In this document: piece by piece, positions 52,309 through 63,341 of the stretch
How the letters are laid out: every line of letters begins with the position of its first letter
Position numbering within the stretch: position 1 is the first letter of the stretch
DNA from: an uncultured Chthonomonadaceae bacterium
Lineage (GTDB): Bacteria; Armatimonadota; Chthonomonadetes; Chthonomonadales; Chthonomonadaceae
Length of the DNA: 64,000 bases
Reading direction: 5' to 3'
NCBI GenBank assembly: GCA_963817895.1
Contig: CAWFQB010000006.1
Span: 128,001 to 192,000 of the forward strand
Translations under genes and position numbers: made by a program
Notes under the pieces: generated by a model
Told to the model about the DNA's origin: nothing
Databases searched by the model: none
The model's input: only the letters and a program-made list of their open reading frames with translations

Positions 52309-53763
52309 TTACTTTGCCGCGCGTTTGATGGCGAGCGGGACGGGCGTGAAGGCTTTGGCGAGTTCGCCTGTGGGCAGGTTGTACAGGCGTACCTGTCCGT
52401 CGAAGCCGCCCGTTGCCAGTTGTTTGCTGTCGGGGCTGAAGGTCAGGGCGTACAACACGCCGGAGTGGCCTTTCAGCGTGGCGACTTTCGCGCCGTCTGC
52501 GGCTTTGTACACGTTGACCACATCCGCTTCGCCGCCAACCGCGATCATGCTGGCGTCCGGGCTGAACGCGATACAGGTGGCGACTCCGGGCTGCCGCTCG
52601 AACGCGCGCAGCAGATTATGGTCTTCCTGATTCATCGTGCGAACTGCGGTGCGGAACACTTTGTACAGGCGGGGTATGCCGTCGTCCCCCGCGCAAACCA
52701 CCTGATCGAACTTGGGATTGCGGGCCATGCAGCGGTACGGGCTTGTGTGGGTATTGATGTCGTCAATGAACGACGCGCCCTGTACCTGCGTGAGCTTTAT
52801 GGCGGAATCGCGCCCCGTGCTGAGAACGTGCAGGTTGTGCTTGTCGTCCTCCATAAAGGCGGTCGCGAATATCCAGTCGCTGTGGTTGTCGAGCCGCATG
52901 AGGGGGCGTCCGTCGGGAACGGTTACGACGCGCAGGCTGTTGTCGGCGCAGCCAAAAGCGAGGTCTTTGCTGTCGGGCGAAAACGACGCGCCGAACAGGG
53001 TATCCGCTGTCATTTGCACGGTATTGGCCTGCTTGTTGGTGACCGTGTCCCAAAACTGGATTTCCCCGGAACGCGCCGGGGAACCGCCCACTGCCGCCAG
53101 CAATTTGCCGTCCGGCGAATAGGCGAGAGACAAAATCTTTTCTGACTGTCCGACAAGCCGCGCCACAAGCCCGGAACCATCCGCTTTGTGCAGCAGAATT
53201 TCGCGGTACCCCGATACCGCCAGCGTATTGCCGTCATTGGCATACGCAAGCGCGGTAATCACGGGCGGCTTCAAATAGACGGGCGGATGCGCGGCGTCAA
53301 TGCTGTCTTTCACGACGGGCGAGTCGTCCGTCGCGCCCTGCGCGATCCACGAGCGGAACAGGCCGAGTTCCTCGTTGGAAAGCGGCGGGCCACCCTTGGG
53401 CATCAGGTCGCGCTTGCCGGTCAGATACTCCATGAGGGTACTGGCTTCGGGCTTTTTGCGTATGATACACGCGCCGCTTCCGCCACCCCGCATTACATCC
53501 GCGTAGGAGGTCATGACGTACTTGCCGCTGGCAATATTTCCCTGATGGCAGCCCTGACATTTGCCCTGAATGATGGGCCGAACCTGCTTGTAGTAACTGA
53601 TTGGCGTGGTTTTCAGAGTTGTTTTCGCATCGTCAGCGTGGGCGGAAGCGGGTAGAAGCGGTAGTAATACTGCCGTGACCATGCCGGTCAACCGCAGAGC
53701 GCGAATGGTGAAAGTCGAGGCAGTAAAAAGGGCGTGTGACAAACGCATATATTTCCTCGGCAA
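52309..53763 (-). CDS. Planctomycete-type cytochrome c domain plus WD40 repeat protein
   Basis: CQGCH heme motif, MPKG..WIAQGA, multiple FSPD / WD repeats. Confidence 0.9.
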   Translation of the reverse strand: MPRKYMRLSHALFTASTFTIRALRLTGMVTAVLLPLLPASAHADDAKTTLKTTPISYYKQVRPIIQGKCQGCHQGNIASGKYVMTSYADVMRGGGSGACIIRKKPEASTLMEYLTGKRDLMPKGGPPLSNEELGLFRSWIAQGATDDSPVVKDSIDAAHPPVYLKPPVITALAYANDGNTLAVSGYREILLHKADGSGLVARLVGQSEKILSLAYSPDGKLLAAVGGSPARSGEIQFWDTVTNKQANTVQMTADTLFGASFSPDSKDLAFGCADNSLRVVTVPDGRPLMRLDNHSDWIFATAFMEDDKHNLHVLSTGRDSAIKLTQVQGASFIDDINTHTSPYRCMARNPKFDQVVCAGDDGIPRLYKVFRTAVRTMNQEDHNLLRAFERQPGVATCIAFSPDASMIAVGGEADVVNVYKAADGAKVATLKGHSGVLYALTFSPDSKQLATGGFDGQVRLYNLPTGELAKAFTPVPLAIKRAAK

Positions 53764-54103
53764 TGAGTAACGAAGCAGAGAGTGACAAACACTGCCAATC
53801 CAAAATGACCGGGCGGCGTTTGCTTCACGATTGGTTTATGAGACAATCAAACGCGCGTGTAGTTTCATTATAACGGCATAAAGTTCGTATAGCAACTCTT
53901 TTCATCTGGCAGTCTGCGAGAAGTTGGGCGAAACAGCCGGAGGGAGGAACAAAATCAGTTGAAAATACAGACAAAGATGTTGCGATTCTCCTTTCCTGCT
54001 GCTATACTGAACAGGTAGTATACATTTGACGGCGTGTAATGCCGGGACATTGCCGCCGTCATCCACTTTGCCTGTGTTTGTTTACCATTGGGAGGATTGC
54101 ATT

Positions 54104-54454
54104 ATGCTGCGTTTGCAGGAGGGGGAAGCGGTTAAGATTGTGGAGCGGCCAGCCGTTGCCGCCGATACGAAGAGCGGGTTGTACTTTGCGCATTACAAGA
54201 ATTTGTCCGGCACGATTTTCAAACTTTACGGGAGTGGCGAAACACAACAGGCCGCGATTGACGTGGAACTGGAAACGCTGCCGGAAGACGTGTCGCGCCG
54301 CCATCTGGAAACCCGCGACGCGATGTACCAGAGTTTGACCGGAGACGCCAAAAAGCAGAGCGCGCCCGGTATGCCCGGCGAGTTCCGCCTGCGCTATATT
54401 GTCCTCGTCAGCGTGGCCGACCTGAAACGCCGCGCCATCACCTCGAAGAACTGA
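54104..54454 (+). CDS. Hypothetical protein
   Basis: GGAGG RBS before ATG 54104; 116 aa. Confidence 0.65.
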   Translation: MLRLQEGEAVKIVERPAVAADTKSGLYFAHYKNLSGTIFKLYGSGETQQAAIDVELETLPEDVSRRHLETRDAMYQSLTGDAKKQSAPGMPGEFRLRYIVLVSVADLKRRAITSKN

Positions 54455-54565
54455 AATTCACCACCTGTTGCGCTAGAGACACAGAGAGGGAACACAGAGA
54501 AAGGAAGAGAATAGATTGCGGTTTATCTCTCCTTCTATCTCATTGGCTTCTTCTCTGTGTCTCTA

Positions 54566-55777
54566 AGTAGGCCGTTGTTGTAAGTTCGTAGTTTTCTCTT
54601 GTGCCTGGCGCAGATGCTCGGCCTTTTCTTGTAGCGCCTTGTCTACAGCGGCTTTGAGGTCGGCCACTTCTTTATAACTGCGTGTGGGCATCTGGTGATG
54701 CTTGATCGCGTTCCAGATCGGCTCGATCTCGGAGAGTTCCGGCGAGTAGGACGGCAGCGACACCACGAAAACGTCGGCGGCTTCGAGTTGCGGCAGGGCG
54801 TCTTGAACCGTCTGGCTCTTGTGAACCGAGTAGTTGTCCACGATCACCATCAGCGGACGCTCCCGTTTCCAGTCGTCTTCGGACTTGGCCGGGCGTCCGG
54901 CTAAACGCCAGAGGAAGGCCACATAGCGTTCGGCATCAATGGCTCCAATCTCGTCTACGGTCAAGCCATAGCTTGCCGCCACTTGTTCGGGCGTCTTGCG
55001 CTTGGCTTTACGGGCATGGGGCGGCAGTTGCGCCCAACTCTGATATACGAAGCGACCGGCCAACGGCCCATGCGAAAAGTAGCCGCCGATAGCGTTGACG
55101 CGCCTTCCCTGCGGCGCTTCATAAGGAATGTTCAAACGTTCCCCGATGGGAAACCAACTATAACACACGGGCAAGGTGGGCGCAAATCCGGCTTCATCGA
55201 CATCGACCACGTCAATCAACCCGGCATCGCCCCTTTTTTCAAGGTCTCGATGGTGGCTTGCTTCTGAGCAACCTCCTCGGCCTTTTGCTTATGTTTGAGA
55301 CTGCGGCTGGTACGCTTGTAGCGCAAATCCGCCCGTTTAAGATGGACGCGCACCCAGTCGGCGCTTAAATGCACCTGATGTTCTTGCGCCAGCCAGTCGG
55401 CCAATTGTCCCGCAGTCCAGGTGCGCTCCCCTTTGCCGACTTCGGCAACCAGAGCGTCACGCAACTCAGGCGTCAACACCGAGGTTTTGCCGCCGCGCGG
55501 TTTGTTGCGCAGGGCCTCAAAGCCGCCGTCGAGGTAGGCTTTGATCCAAAAGCGTACCGTTTGTTCATGCTGGCGCAGGTGACGCGCAATCTTAGGGATG
55601 CTCCAACCGGCATCCGACAGGCGGATCATCTCTAAACGGTCGCGCGTACTGGCCTCCACATGGGCTTGGTGGGCGCGGCGGTCAAGTTCAACATGTTGTT
55701 CAGCGGTCAGAGTAACACGGTACATAGGTGGCTTCTATCCTCCACCTCTTTCTACGAACTTTGACCCACGATTTACT
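54566..55777 (-). mobile_element. IS630-family insertion sequence (HTH orf 55216-55725; DDE orf 54563-55219)
   Basis: TA duplication at 54564-54565 and 55778-55779; transposase stop TAG formed with the target TA; AAAAAAGGG slippery site near 55231; DEAGF, DNYSVH, LPSYSPELSEIE. Confidence 0.92.
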
Positions 55778-55797
55778 TAGCGCAACAGGTGGTGAAT

Positions 55798-58365
55798 TTA
55801 CTCCCAAGTGATGAGCGGCAGTTCGATGGGCATCAGGGCGTCGGGGTGGGTGGGCAGGACGCGCACCGAAAAGCCCTGCATCCCGCTGTTGGTGGTCGGC
55901 AGGTCGCCCTCATACACGTTGCGCCCGTCCTGAACGCCCGTGCGCTCTAAGGGTACGGCAGTTCCTGTCGTAATCTGGTGGTTGAAGTCGAGCGGGCCGT
56001 AGTACGCCTGCACGAGAATGTCCTGCGGCAGCAGTTCGCCCAACTGCACGGACGCTTTGACATGCACGGACTGACCGGCGGCGATGGTATCCTCCGCCGA
56101 TTTCTGCGATTCCACGTTGTCAATGTGGAGTTGGCTCCATTTGTCGCGAATCCGGTTTTTCCAGTCTACCAGTTCCTTCGCCGAACCCAAACTGTCGGTT
56201 GTCAGGCGCTCGAAACGTTCGGTAGCCGGGAAGTAGTATTTAGTGGCGTATTCGGCGATCATGCGGTGCGTGTTGAAGACGGGACACAGCAGGCGCATGG
56301 AGTTTTTCACCCGCGACATCCAGCCGCGCGGCAGGCTTTCGCCTGCGCGGTCGTAGAACAGGGGGACAACCTCTTTTTCCAGAATGTCGTACAGTACATG
56401 GGCTTCCACGCGATCCTGCTCATCCGGGTCGGCGTAGGCCTCGCCCTTGCCGATGTGCCAGCCCACGCCCTTTTCGTCCACTTCCGCCCACCAGCCATCG
56501 GGAATAGACAGGTTCAGGCCGCCGTTGGCAAGCACTTTCATGCCGCTTGTGCCGCTGGCCTCCATCGGGCGGCGCGGCGTGTTGAGCCACACGTCCACGC
56601 CCTGCACCATCTGGCGGGCAAGCGCAAGATCGTAATCTTCCAGAAACACGATGCGGTTACGCGCGTCGGCATTGCGGGCAAACTGTACGATTTCCTGAAT
56701 CAAGTGCTTGCCGCCGTCGTCTTTGGGGTGCGCCTTGCCCGCCATAATAAGCTGTACGGGGCGATTGGCGTCGTTCAGGATGCGTATCAGCCGTTCCGGG
56801 TCGGACAGCAGCAGGGTCGCGCGTTTGTAGGTGGCGAAGCGGCGGGCAAAGCCGATGGTGAGCGCGTCGGGGTGGAGAACCTCGCGTACCCGGCGAATCT
56901 CGTACTCGCTCATGCCCCGCTGCTCGTACTGCTGTTTCAGACGTTCGCGCGCGAACTGCACCAGTTTCTCGCGCCGCCGCTGCTTCACGCGCCACAAATC
57001 CTCGTCGGGGATACTGCTGATTTTGTCCCACACGCCGCCGCCGCTCACGTCCTGCGACCAGCGCCCTCCTAAATACTGATCCAGCACATTCGCCATTTCG
57101 CGGGAGGTAAACGAGCGGGCATGGATACCATTGGTGACGCTGCCGACCGGAACCTCCTCTTCGGGGAACTGCGGAAAGCCGACCTGCACCATGTGTCGGG
57201 TTACTTTGCCGTGCAACTTGCTGACGCCGTTGACCTGATGCGAATGACTGAGCGCCATAATCGCCATGTTGAACTTTTCGCCGGGATTGTACTGGTGGTA
57301 GCGACCCAGGTTCAAGAACTCATCAAAAGAGATACCCAGTTGCCCGATATACGCGCCGAAATAGCGGCCCAGCAGTTCCGGTGGGAACATGTCAATGCCG
57401 GCGGGTACGGGCGTGTGCGTGGTAAACAGATTGCCGGCAGCCGTCGCTTCGCGGGCATGCCAGTAGTCACAGCCGTTCTCCTGCATCAACATGCGCGTCC
57501 GCTCGAAGGCCATAAACGCGGAATGGCCCTCGTTCATGTGGCAGATGGTGGGCTTGATGCCTAGGGCGACAAGGGCGCGCATCCCGCCGATTCCCAGAAT
57601 CATCTCCTGCTTCACGCGCATTTCGGTATCGCCGCCGTAAAGCTGATCGGTGATGTTCTGGTCTTCGAAGTTGTTGTCGGCGATGTTGGTGTCGAGCAGG
57701 TACAGCGGGATGCGCCCGACCTGCACCTTCCAAATCTGCGCGTACACGTTGCGCCCCGGAAATTCCACGCAGATGCGCAGGGGCTTGCCGTTCGCGTCCA
57801 GTTCCGGCAGCATCGGCATGTTGTAAAAGTCGTTGGTGGGGTAGCGTTCCTGCTGCCAGCCTTCGGCGTTGAGAAACTGCCGGAAATAGCCCTGCTGATA
57901 CAGCAATCCGATACCCACAAGCGGCAATCCCAAATCACTGGAAGATTTCAGATGATCCCCGGAAAGCACGCCAAGTCCGCCCGAATACACCGGCAAACAC
58001 TCGGTCAGCCCAAATTCCATAGAAAAGTACGCGATTTTCGTTTCGGGCGGAACCTTGTCTTTCCAGTTGCGCTGAAACCACGTATTCTGCGCTTTCAGAT
58101 AGTTTTCAAGGCCATAGCGGACACGGTCCAGTTCCGCAAGAAAACCGTCGTCCTGCGCGATTTCTTTGAGGCGATCCTGCGAGATCGTTCCCAACATGCG
58201 GACAGGATTATGCCCGCTGGTTTCCCAAAGATCGCGGTCCAGTCGCCGGAACAGTTCGATGGCCTCATGGTTCCAGGCCCATTGGATATTGAACGCGAGT
58301 TCGCGCAGGCGGTCGAGCGAGTCGGGCAGGGCAGGCACGACGTGAAAAGCATGAACGGTAGGCAT
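55798..58365 (-). CDS. glgP: Alpha-glucan family phosphorylase
   Basis: AYFSMEFG, YSGGLGVLSGDHLKS, HMNEGH, GFARRFATYKR, EASGTSGMK. Confidence 0.95.
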   Translation of the reverse strand: MPTVHAFHVVPALPDSLDRLRELAFNIQWAWNHEAIELFRRLDRDLWETSGHNPVRMLGTISQDRLKEIAQDDGFLAELDRVRYGLENYLKAQNTWFQRNWKDKVPPETKIAYFSMEFGLTECLPVYSGGLGVLSGDHLKSSSDLGLPLVGIGLLYQQGYFRQFLNAEGWQQERYPTNDFYNMPMLPELDANGKPLRICVEFPGRNVYAQIWKVQVGRIPLYLLDTNIADNNFEDQNITDQLYGGDTEMRVKQEMILGIGGMRALVALGIKPTICHMNEGHSAFMAFERTRMLMQENGCDYWHAREATAAGNLFTTHTPVPAGIDMFPPELLGRYFGAYIGQLGISFDEFLNLGRYHQYNPGEKFNMAIMALSHSHQVNGVSKLHGKVTRHMVQVGFPQFPEEEVPVGSVTNGIHARSFTSREMANVLDQYLGGRWSQDVSGGGVWDKISSIPDEDLWRVKQRRREKLVQFARERLKQQYEQRGMSEYEIRRVREVLHPDALTIGFARRFATYKRATLLLSDPERLIRILNDANRPVQLIMAGKAHPKDDGGKHLIQEIVQFARNADARNRIVFLEDYDLALARQMVQGVDVWLNTPRRPMEASGTSGMKVLANGGLNLSIPDGWWAEVDEKGVGWHIGKGEAYADPDEQDRVEAHVLYDILEKEVVPLFYDRAGESLPRGWMSRVKNSMRLLCPVFNTHRMIAEYATKYYFPATERFERLTTDSLGSAKELVDWKNRIRDKWSQLHIDNVESQKSAEDTIAAGQSVHVKASVQLGELLPQDILVQAYYGPLDFNHQITTGTAVPLERTGVQDGRNVYEGDLPTTNSGMQGFSVRVLPTHPDALMPIELPLITWE

Positions 58366-58589
58366 GTAAATTCCTCAAAGGATGAAGGATGAAGGATGAA
58401 GGATGAAGACAAGGCCCATCCTGTTTCCTCTCTTCCCTGTATTATTGGCAGCAAGCGGGTAAATCTTGTTACAGGCGGCAGTGGATTGCGTCGTATCTGC
58501 CACGCTGTTGTTATACGAACGAGGGGACTCAAGGTTCGCGCCTGCAAGTAACAAGGTTGGTGGCGGCTCTCGCAAGGAGTGTGCAAAAT

Positions 58590-58807
58590 GGGGGCTTGTA
58601 CCCTCAACCCCGGCCCTTCTCCCTGATTCCCTCTCTTCGTTCGGAGGGAGAAGGGAGCCAAGTCGCAAGCTGAGTGCGTTGATTACAAAGTTTTTATTCC
58701 CGTTCATACCGTGTTCAATAGATAAACCCACCACATTCGCTCCCTTCTCCCTGTCCGCGCAGCGGACAAATCAGGGAGAAGGGCCGGGGTTGAGGGTACA
58801 AGCCCCC
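58590..58807. repeat. 39-bp inverted repeat element (CCCTCAACCCC family)
   Basis: GGGGGCTTGTACCCTCAACCCCGGCCCTTCTCCCTGATT (58590-58628) and its reverse complement (58769-58807). Confidence 0.8.
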
Positions 58808-59118
58808 GGCGTGGCGCAATGCTATCGAATTGGCTCCTCTTCCTCCATGCTCTACAATCGCTAACCGACAGAAAAAGAACGAACTCAACTTTAGACTAAA
58901 CAATTGCACGGCTCAATAAGGCATACAGCGAAACGGCGGCTGAACTTTCGTCCGTCGCCGTGCTGTGTTCCTATGCAAAAACTTCGTCAATAGATGATCC
59001 GACAAATAATTTGTCTACGCGATTTACAGTGGCGAGGGAACATTTCGAACCACTATGGGTAGCGTTTTTTGACATATCCCCGTTATTTGTCGGATTATCT
59101 AATATGTAAAACGAAGAC

Positions 59119-59346
59119 TCAACCGGCCTGTTTGTGGACGTTCTGTTGGGCGATCTGCACCAGCAGACGTAAGGCTTGGTTGACCGCTTCCGTCGTGAGA
59201 AACGCCTGCGCGACATCCTCATCCAAAACAACAATGTTGCTGCTTGCTTTATATCGCGCCACATACTTGCCGTGCGCCCCGTTGGAAAAGTCGTACTCCG
59301 GCAACATTTCTGCTTCCTCTATTTCTAATTCAGGTTCCTTGTTCAT
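59119..59346 (-). CDS. Small antitoxin-like (BrnA-like) protein without a visible toxin
   Basis: MLPEYDFS..GKY...VVLDEDVAQAF....VNQALR pattern. Confidence 0.55.
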   Translation of the reverse strand: MNKEPELEIEEAEMLPEYDFSNGAHGKYVARYKASSNIVVLDEDVAQAFLTTEAVNQALRLLVQIAQQNVHKQAG

Positions 59347-59669
59347 ATTATCAACGCCACCAGCATCTTGAGCGTTTCGGTTCGTAAGTGCGCCATGTCC
59401 TGCTGAACGCAAGCCAGCAGTTATCAACAGGAACTCGCCGGTTGCCATTGAATGCGCTATGCCATGAGCACACTGGGTTGAAACCCTATGCTAGAAAGTA
59501 CGATTGTCCTACGGACACAATTTTCCTTTCAAGAATATCGTGTCCGTAGGACACTCGTTTTGTAGCGCAGGGTTTCAACCCGGCGTATTCATGCAAGCAA
59601 CTGCTCGTCTGCTGGGCTAGTTAGCATGCCGTCTTGTGTGGATAACCAGAAAGTTTTCCATTATGCTCA

Positions 59670-60320
59670 TCAAACCTGACTAACGCAACCAGCCCCTAAT
59701 GCGCTTGCGGCGACTACCGATGTAGTTTGAATCAGAATTGAACGATTTTGCAATATGCAGGCATCTAATGCCATGCACAATTGCGGCGACACGGCAGTAT
59801 TGATAATGTTGTGAAAGCCAGCCTCATCAATGTTTATGAGCAGAAAGGCTAAAAGCGATACAACGCCAGAACGCTTCCCGGGCGTCAACTCATAAGGCAT
59901 ATTCCGAAATGTTGTACGCCAAATATTGTCAAGTGCGTTTGTATCACACCAACTTTGTGTCCCAAGATAACCTATGATGCCGTCTAACCCTTCATTGACC
60001 TGCTTCTCGCTGAGATGCTGCTCCATTCCTTTAATCATAAGACAGGCAATATAACTGGCATAAGCCATACGGACGATAGACTGCTCTTTTGCCTTATACT
60101 GACAGCAGTATTCTTCAAAGACGGGTGCTTCAATAACCCATCGCAGACTAGCAATGAGGTGAGCATGAAATTGAGTGCCATGCTTCAATTTTACATATTC
60201 CTCGGCCTCTTGCAAATACTGTGCAACTTGCTCCTTATTTGTCTGCTTAGACGGCTCTTGTTTTTTCTTACGCCCAAAGATTTTTGTAAACACGGCATCA
60301 TCACCTTTTTCCATATACAC
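59670..60320 (-). CDS. Low-GC hypothetical protein
   Basis: 216-aa ORF in an AT-richer segment. Confidence 0.55.
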   Translation of the reverse strand: MYMEKGDDAVFTKIFGRKKKQEPSKQTNKEQVAQYLQEAEEYVKLKHGTQFHAHLIASLRWVIEAPVFEEYCCQYKAKEQSIVRMAYASYIACLMIKGMEQHLSEKQVNEGLDGIIGYLGTQSWCDTNALDNIWRTTFRNMPYELTPGKRSGVVSLLAFLLINIDEAGFHNIINTAVSPQLCMALDACILQNRSILIQTTSVVAASALGAGCVSQV

Positions 60321-60483
60321 TTTTAGATAGAGTTAAGGAACTATACTAGTATATCGAATGGGCATAGGTGTGTCAATACCTTTTCAAACATCTACGTACA
60401 GGCAGGAATAAACCAATATTGGATAGGTGAGTGGGCATAATTGCAGGTTTGCTTATGGGTATTGAGGGCTATCTACCAAGCCC

Positions 60484-60708
60484 TCATTTGTCAAAGTGCT
60501 TGCGGAACAAGCGCTCACACTCTTGCTCGCCTGCTTCCGTCAGTAGAACCTATTTGTTTTTGTTGTGCGGGTCGGCAATAAGGTTCTTCTCATGCAGGCG
60601 GTCGAGCGCGTCCCAATCGTGGCTTTTCCATGCGCGGCCATTGGCATCAAGCGTCAGGTACAGCAGAGCCAGAACCATTTCGTCTACTTTGTCTTTGTCG
60701 TATTCCAT
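60484..60708 (-). pseudogene. DUF6429-like small protein with internal TAG
   Basis: Manual translation: MEYDKDKVDEMVLALLYLT..RAWKSHDWDALDRLHEKNLIADPHNKNK*VLLTEAGEQECERLFRKHFDK; AGGAG RBS; TAG at 60550-60552. Confidence 0.75.
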
Positions 60709-60736
60709 GCGCTTTCTCCTGTTGGAGAGTGTGAGG

Positions 60737-61735
60737 TTATCGTCCGGCTCCGGCGATGGTGGGGGCAGTAGGACTGAACAGGGTGTGCAGGAGGGGCATG
60801 TCTACGAACAGGCAGACGACGGCTACGACGCAGCAGGTCAGGACGGCGAACATCAGGCCGCGTTCGCGGTACAGGCTTTCGGGGTTTTGCGCCGCGCTGT
60901 TGGGCTTGAAGGCGAGGGACAGGTAGACCGACATCACGAGCGCGATAAAGGGGAAGGCGGCGATCAGTTCCAGACGGTAGCGCATGATGAACGCGCCTAA
61001 AAACAGCATGGCGGACGAGCCGTAGAACACGATGCTGACCAACAATCTATCCAGCGTATAATACCGGAACGAGCGGCGATACGAGGCGGCGAGTTCGGGG
61101 GAACCGAGTTCGCGAAATTCGGCGTACCGCTTGATTGCCATAAAATAGCAGCCGATCATCCAGTAACTGAGCAGCAGGGACGCGGGCGCGACGGACGCGG
61201 TTCCCGCTATGAACCAGCCCGCCAGCATCCGTATCGGGTTGTTCACGGCCTCGGAAAGCACGTCCACATACGGCAAATCCTTGCTGCGAACGGGCGGTAT
61301 GTTGTACACGCAGCCCATCACCCACAGCGCCAGCAGCGTCAGGGCAAACGGTAGGGAGATAAGCCGGCCCAATCCCACGCCCACCCCCATGAGCAGCAGC
61401 CATTGCGCATACGCCCAACCCACGCTCACTTCGCCGCTCGGAACGGGGCGGGCGCATTTGATGGGATGCAGGCGGTCGAACGGCGCGTCCAGAACCTCGT
61501 TCAGCGTGTAATTGCTGGACGCGACAAGCCCGATTGCCAGCAGGCCAAGCACAACACGTCCGCCTAAATTCGGGGCAACATGCGCCCGGTCAATGCCGAT
61601 GGCGGCAATCACGCCCGGAAACACGAACACGTTTTTGACCCAGTGATCCAGACGGGCGATACGAATATGCCCGCGCAAAGAGGGGTTTGCTTTGGGTTTT
61701 ATCGAAGTATTAGCGCCAGCGTCTAGTTCGTTCAT
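60737..61735 (-). CDS. UbiA prenyltransferase family (decaprenyl-phosphate phosphoribosyltransferase-like)
   Basis: RLDHWVKNVFV, NEVLDAPFDRLHPIK..RPVPSG, KRYAE; multiple TM segments. Confidence 0.88.
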   Translation of the reverse strand: MNELDAGANTSIKPKANPSLRGHIRIARLDHWVKNVFVFPGVIAAIGIDRAHVAPNLGGRVVLGLLAIGLVASSNYTLNEVLDAPFDRLHPIKCARPVPSGEVSVGWAYAQWLLLMGVGVGLGRLISLPFALTLLALWVMGCVYNIPPVRSKDLPYVDVLSEAVNNPIRMLAGWFIAGTASVAPASLLLSYWMIGCYFMAIKRYAEFRELGSPELAASYRRSFRYYTLDRLLVSIVFYGSSAMLFLGAFIMRYRLELIAAFPFIALVMSVYLSLAFKPNSAAQNPESLYRERGLMFAVLTCCVVAVVCLFVDMPLLHTLFSPTAPTIAGAGR

Positions 61736-61752
61736 AGCATATGTCTCTTTTT

Positions 61753-61912
61753 GTCTTGAACCATGATCAGGCATGATTTAGATGATTACCATGATGAGGC
61801 TTTCCAAAGTCGTGGTCTTTATTCAAGCGCCTCAATGCTAGATCAATGCAGTAGAAACGCGCCTACTCAATCATGTTAATCATCTAAATCATGCCTGATC
61901 ATGGTTCAAGAC
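61753..61912. repeat. 36-bp inverted repeat, TTGAACCATGAT family
   Basis: GTCTTGAACCATGATCAGGCATGATTTAGATGATTA (61753-61788) and its reverse complement (61877-61912); contains the stop codon of the GT39-like gene. Confidence 0.85.
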
Positions 61913-63220
61913 GGGGTGTAGCAGTCCATCCAATCCGAAAGCCGCCAGAACAACTAAACAGGGCAGAATGGGAACGGAGTAGCGTCCCAGAGCGAGCAGG
62001 GCGGCGAGCAAAACGTTGAGATACGCTATCGGCAATACGAGCGGCCAAACAATCTTCTGTTCGCGCTGCGCCCGTTTCCAGCCCACAAATGCCAATATGC
62101 CGTAACCTAATGCCAGCAGACCGGTCACGAGCGAATTAGCGCGGCTTGTCATCTGATACCAGAAGGTGAACAGGCCGACAACGAATTTACGCGCCAGCCC
62201 TGCCGGGTTGGTGAGCAGGCTTGTTTTCGCGGCCTGCGTCAGAATGTGATCGGATTCGATGTCGTTGCGTTCCCATACGGTATTTTGCGCGAGGCACAGG
62301 GAACGGAAATAGGCGTTGCACTCGTTTTCCGCGTCCGTGTAGGGCGGCAGGCGCAGGGTGGCGTAGGGGAGTTTGGAAAAAATCAGGCCGCGCAAATAGG
62401 CGTCGCCCAACCCCGTTGTTACCAGCACCCAATGCCTGGATACACGGTGATTGCGAACCGTCCAGGGCAATACAACCGCGCCCATTCCTACAAACAGGCA
62501 GGCGAGAACTTGCCAGCGGGAGGAAGCGTTCTTCGATCCCGCAGGGGAAGCGGACGGGGATTTGACGGGGTTGTCAGGGGTGGATGTATTCATTGCCGCA
62601 GATTTGCGCCCGATGGTCAGCCACGCGATGGCAAACACAAGCGGATACAGCACGAACACGGCTTTGGCAAGGGCGGCAAGCCCGCAGGCAAGCCCGATGG
62701 CGGCGGCGCGTCCCATTGTCGGACGCTGCAAAAATCGGACGGTACACCAGACCGTCAGCGTCCACAGAAACGTGAGCAGTATTTCGACGTGGAAATCGGG
62801 GACGTAGCGCAGCAGGGCGGGGTGAAGAGAGCAGCAGATTCCCGCAATCATTCCGGCGCGGGGATTGAACAGGCGTCGTCCCATATCAACCGCCAGCAGG
62901 CTGATTCCGGCGAATAGGACGCATTGCGCCAACTGTAGCGCAAAGGCGCGTTCCCCGAAAACCGAGTAGACCAGCGCAATGAACAGGGGATACAGCGGCC
63001 CACGCCGATTGAGAACAGAACCATACGCCTGAAAGCCCTCACCATGCAGCACACTGCGCCCCATCGCTTCATAAGCATACGGGTCGGGGCGCGTATCTAC
63101 AAAATGCTGCGCCCGCCAGCCAATTAGGGTCCATACCAGGCCGATAAAGAGGCTCAAAGCGGCAATGCCGAGCGGTGTCAAGTTGCGGGGTATGGAATTG
63201 AAAAATGATTTCTTCGTCAT
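61889..63220 (-). CDS. GT39/ArnT-like (GT-C) membrane glycosyltransferase
   Basis: DPYAY...RGPLYPLF, PWTVRN, RYSVP; many TM helices. Confidence 0.8.
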   Translation of the reverse strand: MTKKSFFNSIPRNLTPLGIAALSLFIGLVWTLIGWRAQHFVDTRPDPYAYEAMGRSVLHGEGFQAYGSVLNRRGPLYPLFIALVYSVFGERAFALQLAQCVLFAGISLLAVDMGRRLFNPRAGMIAGICCSLHPALLRYVPDFHVEILLTFLWTLTVWCTVRFLQRPTMGRAAAIGLACGLAALAKAVFVLYPLVFAIAWLTIGRKSAAMNTSTPDNPVKSPSASPAGSKNASSRWQVLACLFVGMGAVVLPWTVRNHRVSRHWVLVTTGLGDAYLRGLIFSKLPYATLRLPPYTDAENECNAYFRSLCLAQNTVWERNDIESDHILTQAAKTSLLTNPAGLARKFVVGLFTFWYQMTSRANSLVTGLLALGYGILAFVGWKRAQREQKIVWPLVLPIAYLNVLLAALLALGRYSVPILPCLVVLAAFGLDGLLHPVLNHDQA

Positions 63221-63341
63221 TTCAGGCTGAATTTAGAAGCGCGAACTTACGCGAGAGGTGTCCGCGCAGGCGGACGTTGGGCGAAACGCCCTCCAGCAAA
63301 GAAATTCATTTCGTTGCCGCTCGTTGCCACAATGTTACGCG

